64,000 nucleotides of DNA from Squalus acanthias (Eukaryota): assembly GCA_030390025.1 (NCBI GenBank), contig CM059431.1, forward strand, positions 134,170,001 through 134,234,000, in the 5' to 3' direction. Position numbers and translations under genes: made by a program. Shown here in pieces: positions 51,296 to 62,269 of this stretch (position 1 is its first letter; each line of letters opens with the position of its first letter). Below the pieces are notes generated by a model, which saw nothing but the letters and a program-made list of their open reading frames with translations, searched no databases and was not told where the DNA came from.

Positions 51296-54200
51296 TTACC
51301 ACATTCTCCCTCCATTTCGTAGCCGCTGGACGAGGGAGAGCCGCACCCGTTTGGGTTCTCGTAGCGGTAGAGGGCCCCTAGCCCATTTACCCGCCGCGGG
51401 CCATGGACCAGAGTCCGAGTGATCCAGCCCGCTCTGTGAGGGGTCAGGACGATCCTGACTGTGTACTGGTGCCCGTACGGGTGTCGGGCAGGGCTGTGGC
51501 AGATCCGTTTCCGAGCGTACGGTACGGGGTGGATCGTGGCTGCGCGTGCGAGCCCCGACGGGCTCATAGTCAGTCTGCCCCAGGTCGGCACGCTGGAGTG
51601 AGGTACCAGCCGGCGTCAGATCCAGATCGTGATGAGAGGCACCTGGCGAGCCCAGAGATGTGCCTGGTACAATATCATCCCCTGGTGTCCCTCTATGTTT
51701 CGGCGGGCAGGGAGCCAGATCCTGCAATGACACAGTAGATTCCCGACCGTCAGGATACCGAATATAGGCGTAGGTAGGGTTGACGTCAGTGAGCTCAACC
51801 TCATCTACCAGGGGGTCATTCTTAGACGCCCGGACATATCTTCGGAGTAGCACTGGTCCCGGTGCAGTCAGCCACGACGGGAGAGATATCCCATAGGATG
51901 AGCGACGCTGAAATCGGAAGAACCGTTCATGAGGCGTCGTATTTGTGGCGGTCGAAAGGAGGGACCGTGTGGAGTGTAATGCGTCTGGAAGTACTGCTTC
52001 CCATTGCTGGTTGGGTAGGCCCCGAGATCTCAAAGCCAGACGTACCGCATTCCAGATGATAGCGTTAAAACGCTCGACTTGCCCATTCCCGACCGGGTGA
52101 TAAGGCGTCGTTTTGCTGGCAGCAATACCCCGTTCCGAGAGATAGGCCTTGAGTTCTCCTGACATAAAAGAAGGGCCCCGATCCGAATGAACATAGGATG
52201 CCATGCCACAGAAAGCAAATACCTGCTCAAGGCAGCTGATAACCGTGGTCGTCAGCATATTGGGGCAGGGAAAGGCAAACGGAAAACGGGAATACTCATC
52301 GACCATGGTCAATAGATAAGTGTTGCGAGTTGAAGAGGGCAACGGCCCCTTAAAATCGATGCTAAGCCGTTGCATTGGCTGGGTCGCATGTATGAGTATA
52401 CCACCCGAGGGGCGGAAAAACCGAGGTTTCAATTCCGCACAGACTCTGCAGTCCGAGCACATCTTCTTTACATCCCCGGTAGAGAATGGGAGATTTCGGG
52501 ACCGCACGAAGTGTAGCATGCGAGTAACGCCCGGATGACACAACCCATCATGGATGTCTACGAGCGTAGAGGGTGCCATGGCGGAGCAGAATGCTCGTGT
52601 GAGGGTATCCGGAGCCACATTCTCCTTGCCAGGTCAATAGTGGATGGTGTAACCAAAAGAGGCCAATTCCAGCCGCCAAAGCTGGATTTTATTATTTTTA
52701 ATTTTGGTCCGTTTTCGATTATCGAGCATGAAGGCGACCGATCGCTGGTCCGTGATTAAGGTAAAGTGCTGGCGAGCTAGGAGATGACTCCACTTCCGTA
52801 CTGCCTCTATGATGGCTGTAGCTTCTTTCTCGACTGGAGGATAATGTAGCTCAGCCCCTTGAAAAGTCCTGGACAAAAATGCCACCGGACGACCTTCCTG
52901 ATTCAGAGTGGCCGAGATCGCCACCTCCGAGGCATCACACTCAACGACAAAAGGAAGACTCTCATCGATGGAGTGAAGAGTCGCTTTCTTCAACAGTTTT
53001 TTCAGGAGGTTAAAGGCTGCAACAGCCGCTGTGTCTAGTGGGAATGTGCTGGCCTTCAGTAGAGGTTGGATTCGGTCCGAGAAGTTAGGAATCCATTTAG
53101 CATAGTATGCAAACAGGCCGAGGGCCCGGCGCAAGGAGGCCGGATTCTTAGGTGGCGGGAGTTCTTGGAGTGGGCGAAGCCTTTCAGGGTCAGGTTTAAT
53201 GATGCCATTGCCCACACAATAGCCAAGGATGTTGATGGTTGGTTGTGACTCAATGGATTTAGCCGCATTTAATGTCAAATTACGGTGCTGGAGTGCGTCC
53301 CAAAATCGTTGGAGATTGGCGTCATGTTCCCGCTGATTGCGACCTGCGACAGTAATATTGTCCAGATAAGGAAACGTATCCTTCAAGTCTTCCTGTTTGA
53401 CCAGGTCATCCATTGCTCGCTGGAAGACAGCCACTCCATTAGTGACCCCAAAGGGGAGGCGACGAAATTGATACAGCCGTCCATTGGCTTCAAAGGCCGT
53501 ATACTGCTTGTCTGAGACCTTCAAGGGTACCTGATGATAGGCACTTTTTAGATCATATGTTGAGAACACCGTGTACTCAGCCAATTTATTAAGCATATCA
53601 TCGATGCGCGGCAATGGGTATGCGTCCAAGTCCGTATATTGATTGATGGTCTGTGAATAGTCAATGCACAGCCGTTTCTTGTGAGGTTGTTTTGGAGTCC
53701 ATTATTAAGGAAACAGTAACAAGACATTTGGATAATCATAATTTAATAGGACAAAGTCAGCATGGTTTTACGAAGGGGAAGTCATGTTTGACAAATTTGC
53801 TGGAGTTCTTTGAGGAAGTAACATATAGAGTGGATAAAGGGGAACCAGTGGACGTAGTGTATTTAGACTTCCAAAAGGCATTTGACAAGGTGCCACACAA
53901 AAGATTATTGCTTAAGGTAAAAAATCACGGGATTGGGGGTAATATTCTGGCATGGATAGAGGATTGGCTATCTAACAGAAAGCAAAGAGTTGGGATAAAT
54001 GGTTCATTCTCAGACTGGCAATCAGTAACTAGTGGTGTTCCACAGGGGTCAGTGCTGGGTCCCCAACTCTTCACAATCTATATTAACGATTTGGAGGAAG
54101 GGACCAAGTGTAACATATCAAAATTTGCAGATGATACAAAGATGGGAGGGAAAGTAGTGAGTGAGGAGGACATTAAAAACCTGCAAGGGGACATAGACAG

Positions 54201-56750
54201 GCTAAGTAAGTGGGCAGAGATTTGGCAGATGGAATACAGCACTGGAAAGTGTGAGGTGATGCACTTTGGCAGGAAAAATCCTAGAGCAATTTATTATCTT
54301 AATGGCAAGAAACTGGAGAGTACTGAAGTGCAAAGGGATCTGGGGGTCCTGGTGCACGAAACTCAAAAGGTTAGTATGCAGGTGCAGCAAGTGATTAAGA
54401 AGGCAAATGGAATGTTGGCTTTCATTGCTAGGGGGATAGAATATAAAAATAGGGAGGTATTGCTTCAGTTGTACAAGGTATTGGTGAGACCGCACCTGGA
54501 ATACTGCATACAGTTTTGGTGTCCTTACTTAAGGAAAGACATCCTTGCTCTCGAGGCAGTGCAAAAAAGGTTCACTCGGTTAATCCCGGAGATGAGGGGG
54601 TGGTCATATGAGGAGAGGTTGGGTAGATTGGGACTCTACTCATTGGAGTTCAGAAGAATGAGAGGCGATCTTATTGAAACATATAAGATTGTGAAGGGGT
54701 TGGATCGGGTGGATGCGGGGAGGATGTTCCCGATGACGGGTGAGACGAGAACTAGGGGACATAGTCTTAGAATAAGGGGCTGCTCTTTCAAAACTGAGAT
54801 GAGGAGGAACTACTTCACTCAGAGGGTGGTAGGTCCATGGAATATGCTGCCACAAAAAGCTGTAGAAGCTACAACATTAATTAAATTTAAAACAGAAATA
54901 GACAGTTTCCTAGAAGTAAAGGGCATTAAGGGTTACGGGGAACGGGCAGGAATTTGGACATGAGTCTAGGTTCGGATCGGTCATGGCCCTGTGGGTAGTG
55001 GAGCGGGCCCAGGGACTGTGTAGCCTGATTCTGCTCCTATTTCGTGTGTGCAATTCTGTTAGATGCAGGAGATGTTTCTGTGATAGATAGTAGATTGGCG
55101 GTTAGGATCAGATCAGCCATGATCTTATTGAATGGCGGAGCAGGCTCGATGGGCCGATTGGCCTACTCCTGCTCCTATTTCTTATGTTCTTATGTTCTTA
55201 TGTTGTAGAGGGTTCTTAACAATAACGACCTGGGCGCGCCATGGCGACGAACAAGGCTCGATGATATCCTCTGCTAAAAGCCGAGAAATCTCAGCCGCAA
55301 TAAAAGACTGGTCTTCCTGACTGAAACGTCGTGACTTTGTTTTAATCGGTTTGCATCGAGGAGGGATACTGGAAAACAGTGAGGGTTCATCCAGTGAAGC
55401 TGCTGACAATGCACAGAACGGTAATCGAGGTAGTATATTAGAAATAGTGAGTTCAGGTTTGGATCCGCCGAACTCAATGGTGAGCTTCTTATGCTGCTTT
55501 TGAAAATCCAGCCCTAAGATAAGATCACTACATAAGTCCTTGAGCACCGAAAGCTGGGTGGAGGGATACCTGCGACCATTAAGTGTTATTTCAACCATAC
55601 AAAAGCCAGAAATTCTGGTATTAAGTGATGACTGAGCCATCGCAACTGCCTGGTCCGATGGGAAAACATGTAGCTTTAACTCTGCAACAATCTGTTCCCT
55701 AATGAAACTATCAGTGCTACCTGAGTCAATTAAGGCATCTAAAGTATGTCCATTAATTGATGCTTTTGTAGCTGCATGGAATAGGTTCTGAGGACAAGCA
55801 GCTGTAATTGGTGTCGTTGCACAAAGAGTGGCTGAAACTCTAGGTGTGTTTCTTCGAGAGGAAGCACGATAGATTTTAGCCGGAACATCTTGATAGGCCC
55901 TTACCGGGGCAGTTCGGTAGGACTTAGCTTGATAAGCCCTCGTAGAGGCTCTTGATAGGCAAACCTTTGCAAAATGACCCTTTTTGTTGCAATGACTGCA
56001 AAACGCATTGCGAGCAGGGCAGAATTTCCGAGGGTGGAACTCATCACCACAAAAGAAGCATTTCTTAGATTGCCAAGAGGCTGCCACAGTGGGGTCATCA
56101 TCCTCTTCATCAGTGAAGTCATCAGATTGATCGTCAGGGATAAAGACCTCCCTAATAGAGTTCACCTGTGGCCTCTTAAATTGCCTGACTGTAGTTAAGG
56201 CAGTTGACCGAGGTCTGGGCACTGTATAAAGGTCTGCATTTCTTTTTGCCAGATCTAGAGAGCAAGCCATGTCATAAGCTTTCTGAAGCTCAAGTGTCTT
56301 ACTTTCCAGTAGACGCTGGCGTATAAATGGGGAGGCAAGCCCGCAGATGAAAGCATCACGGATCATTTCTTCACAGTACAGCTCAGCTGAGGCCGCCCGA
56401 AAGTTACAGTCCATACTAAGTCTGCGAAGCTCTTGGAGGAATTTATCAATGGATTCCTCCGGCCCTTGTTGGGCTGTAGCTAGTAGATGTCTGGCATAGA
56501 CCTCATTCGTTGTCTTAGTATATAGTCTCTTAAGCGTCCGAATTGCCTCCTCGTAACTGTCCCATTTCTCCACATACTGAAATACATTCGGGGTGACACA
56601 GTTGATGAGTATCCGCAACTTTGAGTTATCATCAGCCTTACAATATTCAAGAAAATTGTCAAACGTGCGATACCAGTGTTTCCACACCTTACCGGCTGCT
56701 GGGGTGTTTGGGTCCAAGTCAAGACGCGATGGTTTAAGGATGTTTTCCAT
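51296..56750 (-). pseudogene. Single-frame gag-pol of the second Gypsy, split by CR1 (53681-55194) and one TGA (52634-52636)
   Basis: Two Cys/His knuckles, LIDSGS protease, KNPLQHK|KRLCIDY rejoined across the insertion, YLDN, ECDAS, HDGLCHPG..C..C, IDFKGP, SDRG and VERFN. Confidence 0.9.
53681..55194 (+). mobile_element. Very young 5'-truncated CR1 LINE, RT frame uninterrupted
   Basis: Open frame to the natural stop at 54963; (ttcttatg)n tail; TTCTT on both sides (53676-53680, 55195-55199). Confidence 0.93.
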
Positions 56751-57379
56751 GATGGGTGATTCCCTGGATCCTTAGTTCCGAGTTCGTCCAAAAAGTTTGA
56801 GTGCGAAGTTTCCCAACGTTGATTAAATTGTCGTAAGAATGAGCCTTACGCGTGGTGAACTTAAAGTAAGCTTTAATCAACTAAAAAGGTGCTACATACA
56901 AAAGAGGTCTTACTCTATGCCTCTCCAGGATCCAACTGATCAGTCCAGTATTTATCCTGGACTGATCACAGGAAGTGATGCAATAAAGTTCGAGTCACAG
57001 GAAGCTGTATTGTGTTACCACACATCGCTTGCCTTCACTCCCAGCTCAGCCCATTTGTTGCTGAAGCCATCATCACCTCCAGACTCGACCATTAGAATGC
57101 TATCCTGGCTGGCCTCCTATTCTCCACCATCCGTAAACTTCAGCTCATCCAAACACTCTGCAGCCTGTATCCTATTCTGCACCAAGTCCCACTCAACCAT
57201 TATCCCATCTCGCGCTGACCTACGTTGGCTCCCGGTTTCCCAACATTTCCCATTTAAAATTCTCATTCTCTTATTTAAATTCCTTCATGGCCTCGTCCCT
57301 TTCTACCTCTGTAACCTCCTCTGGCCCTAAAACCTGCTCCCTAACTCTCTGTTCTTCTGTCTCTGACTTCTTGTGCCAT

Positions 57380-58096
57380 TATTTGCACGTTTAAGTTTTT
57401 ACATCTATTACATAGCAAGTTGCTGAATGTACAACGCAACGAGGGAAACAGGGCACCTGGGACCTGAGTGAACAGGGCAAGCAAGTGTGTATCTCCTTAA
57501 CGAATCAGATTGAAAGATTGTGAAATAAACAGCACAAGGACTGAGAAGGAAATGTAAATTAGAGTGGGTGAATTCAATGTCAAATCAAGTATGGAAAGAG
57601 AAAGAGAGAGAGAAAGAAAAATTGGATTAAAAGAGAAAAAAGAAACAGAAAGGAAAAGTAAAAAAAAATGTAAAAATGTAAAATGTTCCTTTTTTTAAAT
57701 CTCCTATAATTACTATCTGAAGAATGAGACTCCACACATGTAATAGTTAATTTTCGGCGCCAGAAAGGTTAATTGGCAGTAATTAACACTTATCACATTG
57801 TTAAAAGGGTACTTAGACTTGAAATGACAACACTTAACTTTCTATGGCGAGTTTAGTTCGTATCTACCACACAAATACAGCAACTTCAAGCCATTCAATA
57901 CATTTCAATGGTGAGGCATACAGGGAGATGCAGTTTTCACAAAGCTAACATTGCAGCAGCGCAACTCGGACAGCAACTTTTGGATATTTACCTTTAACCG
58001 CGTATCTGCCCCTCACCTGAAGTTGCCGTACCATTTCCACATAAGTAACGGCATCGCGATTAGCTTCACCATTATTTTGACAGCAAATTCGGGCCC
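57380..58096. mobile_element. Probable truncated Harbinger-type non-autonomous element
   Basis: Interrupts the L2; right end gcaaattcgggccc resembles the other GG(G)CCC..AATT termini; left TIR not found. Confidence 0.45.
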
Positions 58097-58719
58097 CTTG
58101 TGCTCCCCCCCCTTCTTCACCCACCATTGGTGACCATGCCTTCAGCCACTTAGGCCCTCAGCCTCTCAGACTTCCCCCCCACCCTTAAAAGCTTCCGCAC
58201 CCACTTCCCTCTTCTCCTTTAACACCCTCCTTAAAAACCACCACTTCAACCAAGTTTTCGGTCACCACTCCCAATATATTCTTTGGCTCGGTGTCCATTT
58301 TGCTTTATTGCACCTCTGTGTAGATCGATCCTTGGGGGACTCCAGAGGTAACAGTGCGGGAGTGGGAAGAGAAGCCATTGTAGGTGATTCTCTGGCTATG
58401 ACTGGATAGATAAGACTGGAATTAAAAAGATTAGCCAGGCAACTTCGAAGCTGTGATGAGACAATGGTCTGCAGTCAGCAGATTGGAGAAGGCAATTGCC
58501 TAGGAAGTGGTGAAAGCCCTATTAGTCTAAAGCTAAAAATTTTGTGATAAGAAGAGCAGAGGTGTAAGATTATGTGTTGCCTGGAGAAGGGACACAACGC
58601 AGGATCATGGTTCCTGAAGGGATATCAGGGAACACCAGTGAAGAAAGTTTCTCCTTTCGCTATGAGGACTGGTCACCCTCCGTGGTCGTGTCGCATTCCC
58701 TGCTTAAAGGGTTGTATTT

Positions 58720-59673
58720 GTTTCTTTCTTTCTTTCTTAGGCAGTCCCTCGGAACCGAGGATGACTTGCTTCCACATTAAAAATGAGTTCGCAGGTGACT
58801 GATGAGTCCAATGCGGGACCTACAGTCTCTGTCACAGGTGGGGCAGACGGTGGTCGAAGGGGCAGGTGGGTGGGGTGCTTGGGTTGACGTACGCTCCTTG
58901 CGCTTGGCTTCCGCTTGCTCCCGGCGAAGAGACTCGAGGTGTTCGGCGCCTTCCCGGATGCTTCTCCTCCACTTTGTGCGGTCTTGGGACAGGGATTCCC
59001 AGGTGTCGGTGGGGATGTTACACTTTTTCAAGGAGGCTTTGAGGGTGTCCTTGAAGCGTTTCCTCTGCCCACCTGGGGCTCTCTTGCCGTGCCGGAGCTC
59101 CGAGTAGAGCGCTTGTTTTGGGAGTCTCGTATCGGGCATGCGGACAATGTGACCCGTCCATCGGAACTGATCGAGCGTGGTCAAAGCTTCGATGCTGGGG
59201 ATGTTGGCCTGAGCAAGAACACAGACGTTGGTGCACCTATCCTGCCAATGGATTTGCAGGATCTTGCGGAGGCAGCGTTGGTGGTACCTCTCCAGTGCTT
59301 TGAGGTGCCTGCTGTACATGGTCCATGTCTCTGAGGCATACAGCAGGGCGGGTATCACTGCTGCTCTGTAGACCATGAGCTTAGTGCCGGGTTTGAGGTC
59401 CTGGTCTTCAAACACTCTCTTCCTCAGGCGACCGAAGGCTGCACTGGCACACTGAAGGCGGTGTCGGACTTCGTCGTCGATGTCTGCCCTTGTTGACAGT
59501 AGGCTCCCGAGGTATGGAAAGTGGTCCACGTTGTCCAAGGCCTTGTCGTGGATTTTGATAATCAGGGGGCAGTACTGTGTAGCGGGGGCAGGTTGGTAGA
59601 GGACCTTTGTCTTATGGATGTTTAGTGTAAGGCCCATGTTCTCGTACGCTTCGGTGAAGGTGTTGACGATGGT
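58720..59673 (-). mobile_element. 5'-truncated RTE-clade LINE
   Basis: ORF 58777-59637: GLTLNIHKTKV, FPYLGS, RLPKQALYSEL and a terminal CPTC..H..TH finger; very short 3'UTR with hairpin and (aaga)n tail. Confidence 0.88.
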
Positions 59674-59759
59674 TTGGGTTATAATAAACTTGAATAAAAA
59701 GGAACAAACCTATATTTGTGCTTTTCATTTCTCAGGCGCTGAACATTATATATCTGTGG

Positions 59760-61480
59760 GGAGAAGTAACGTAAAGGGGAATCAAGGGATACGGAGATCA
59801 GGCGGGAAAGTGGAGTTGATGTCGATGATCAGCCATGATCTTATTGAATGGCGGAGCAGGCTCGAGGGGCCGTATGGCCTACTCCTGCTCTTATTTCTTA
59901 TGTTCTTAAAGATCATTACAAGTTGCACAGACTAGGCTTATATTCCCTTGAATACAGAGGATTATCTAATTGAGGTGTTAAAGATGATTAAAGGGTTTGA
60001 TAGAGTAGATCGAGAGAAACTATTTCATCTGGTGGGAGAGTCCAGAACAAGGGGGCATAACCTTAAACTAAGAGCAAGACCATTCAGGGGTGATGTCAGA
60101 AAGCTCTTCTTCGCACAAAGGGTAGTGGAAATCTGAAACTCTCTCCCCACCAAAAAGCTGTTGAGGGTAGGTCAATTGAAAATTTCAAAACTGTCTATTT
60201 TCAAAAGGCATTTGATAAGGTGCCACACAAGAGGTTGTTACACAAGGGCTAACGGAGGTAATATATTAGCTTGGATTGAGGATTGGTTAACGGACAGAAA
60301 ATAGAGAGTAGGAATAAACGGGTCATTTTTGGCTTGGCAGGTTGTAACTAGTGGGGTGCCGCAAGGATCAGTGCTTGGGCCTCAGCTATTTACAATCTAT
60401 ATCAGGGGACCAAGTGTAATGTATCCAAGTTTGCTGACAATATAAAGCTAGGTGGGAAAGTAAGCTGTGAGGAGGATGCAAAGAGGCTGCAAAGGGATAC
60501 AGACAGGGTAAGTGAGTGGGCAAGAAGGTGGCAGATGAAGTATAATGTGGGGAAGTGTGAAATTATCCACTTTGGTAGGAAGAATGGCAAAGCAGAATAT
60601 TTTTTAAAAGGTGAGCAATTAGTAAATGTTGGTATGTAGAGGGATTTGGGTGTCCTTATACACAAGTCACAGAAAGTTAACATGCAGGTACAGCAATTAG
60701 GAAGGCAAATGGCATATTGGCCTTTATTGCAAGTGGGTTGGAGTACAAGAGTAAGGAAGTCTTTTGCAATTATATAGGACTTTGGTGAGACCACACCTGG
60801 AGTACTTTGTATAGTTTTAGTCTCCTTACCTAAGCAAGGATTTACTTGCCTTAGAGGGGGTGCAACAAAGGTTCACTAGATTGATTCCTGGGATGAGAAT
60901 TTTGTCCTATGAGGAGAGATTGAGTAGAATGGGCCTATATTCTCTGGAGTTTGGAAGAATGAGAGGTGATCTCATTGAAATGTATAACATTCTTGGAAGG
61001 CTTGACAAGGTAGATGCTGAGAGGCGGTTTCCTCTGGCTGGGGAGTCTAGAACTAACAGTCATAGTCTCAGGATAAGGGGTTGGCCAGTAAGATGAGGAG
61101 AAATTTTTTCAGAGGGTTGTGAATCTTTGGAATTCTCTACCCCAGAGGGTTGTAGATGCTCAGTCATTGAGTATATTCAAGCCTGAGAGCGATAGATTTT
61201 TGGACACTAAGGGAATCAAGGGATATGGGGATAGGGTGGGAAAGTGGAGTTGAGGTACAAGATTAGCCATGATCTGATTGAATGGCAGAGCAGGATCGAG
61301 AGACCATATGGCCTATTCCTGCTCCTATTTCTTATATTCTTATGAGATTGTCTATTTTTGTTAGACAAGGGTTTTGAGGGTTACGGAACCAAGGCGGGCC
61401 GATGGAGTTAAGATACAGATCAACCATGATCTAATTGAATAGCGGAATAGGCTCGAGGGGCTGAATGGCCTGTTCCCATG
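59760..61480 (+). mobile_element. Cluster of CR1 3' fragments; about 60194-61343 is nested in another copy
   Basis: Three CR1 tails; host continuity aaaactg|agattg. Confidence 0.8.
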
Positions 61481-62269
61481 TTTCAAAGTTAGGCATCCCT
61501 ACCATTTCTTTAGGTGGGAGCGACGGCTGTTCTTAAGACTGACAGTATTCCATTCCCTTTCAGAAAGAGGTCAATGCTGTTGATTCCCCAAAATCTTCTG
61601 GAAGATCATTTAAAGGTCCTTCCATGCCGATAGCTCACCAGAGGAACCAATAGAGCCTGTACTGATCAGGAGGGAGTTGGAACGTCTTCTTGCCAGAAAC
61701 ATAGAGACTGATTTGAATTAGGAACATAGGAGACAATAAAGCTGTTTTGTGGCTTATGAGTTGTAGAAGAGACAGGGAAAGAGGGCTATTTCAGTGTTGC
61801 ACTTCAGAGAGTGCTTGTGCTTCTGATCTGACAGAGATCAATCAAGAATTTAAGAGCTTCCATGTTGTAATTTGTAAGTTTGAGAAAGTGTTTCAACCGA
61901 CCAAGAGAGGAGCCAGTATTTCAGAAATGACTGTCCTCCATCAGCCATTATACCTCTTTTCCAATACTCCTGATGTGGATACGCCTGGCTACTTTTAAAA
62001 GTCTTGATTATCTTAATTTCTGTGGTATGGCAAACACTCCCAGATCTTTTTTCTTTTGGCTATTGATTGATCTACTATACATTTACAGCATTTTCTGTTT
62101 TAATTTCTGATATACAGCATTTACAGTTTTTCTTGTTATCGACTCGGATTAGGTTTGGGCATCTATAATTTCCAACAGAATGTATGGCTTCTCATTTCTC
62201 GACTCTCATTCCTAAGCAGTTCAAATGCACTCCATTGTTGAGTGGCAACATACCTCTAAGGGTCATGCT

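Larger units (their letters stand above)
51039..57022 (-). mobile_element. Full-length Ty3/Gypsy LTR retrotransposon with identical 194-bp LTRs, interrupted by CR1
   Basis: LTRs 51039-51232 and 56829-57022 (TG..CA; no difference seen by eye); 5-bp TSD CATCG; PPT ggggggggagaa; PR-RT-RH-IN order. Confidence 0.95.
47140..58320 (+). mobile_element. Old L2 LINE in pieces (about 47140-47540, 50450-51038, 57028-57375, 58110-58320) hosting later insertions
   Basis: GVP..FILGPLL..IYMLPLGNIIRKHGVSFH and ADLRWLPVSQHFPFKIL motifs; continuous across the Gypsy TSD (agtaacatcg|cttgcc). Confidence 0.7.

Noticed and set aside
62040..62062. Candidate upstream DZIP1 exon (AKRKKI on the minus strand)
   Set aside because: The frame hits a stop shortly after, with no further similarity or convincing splice sites.
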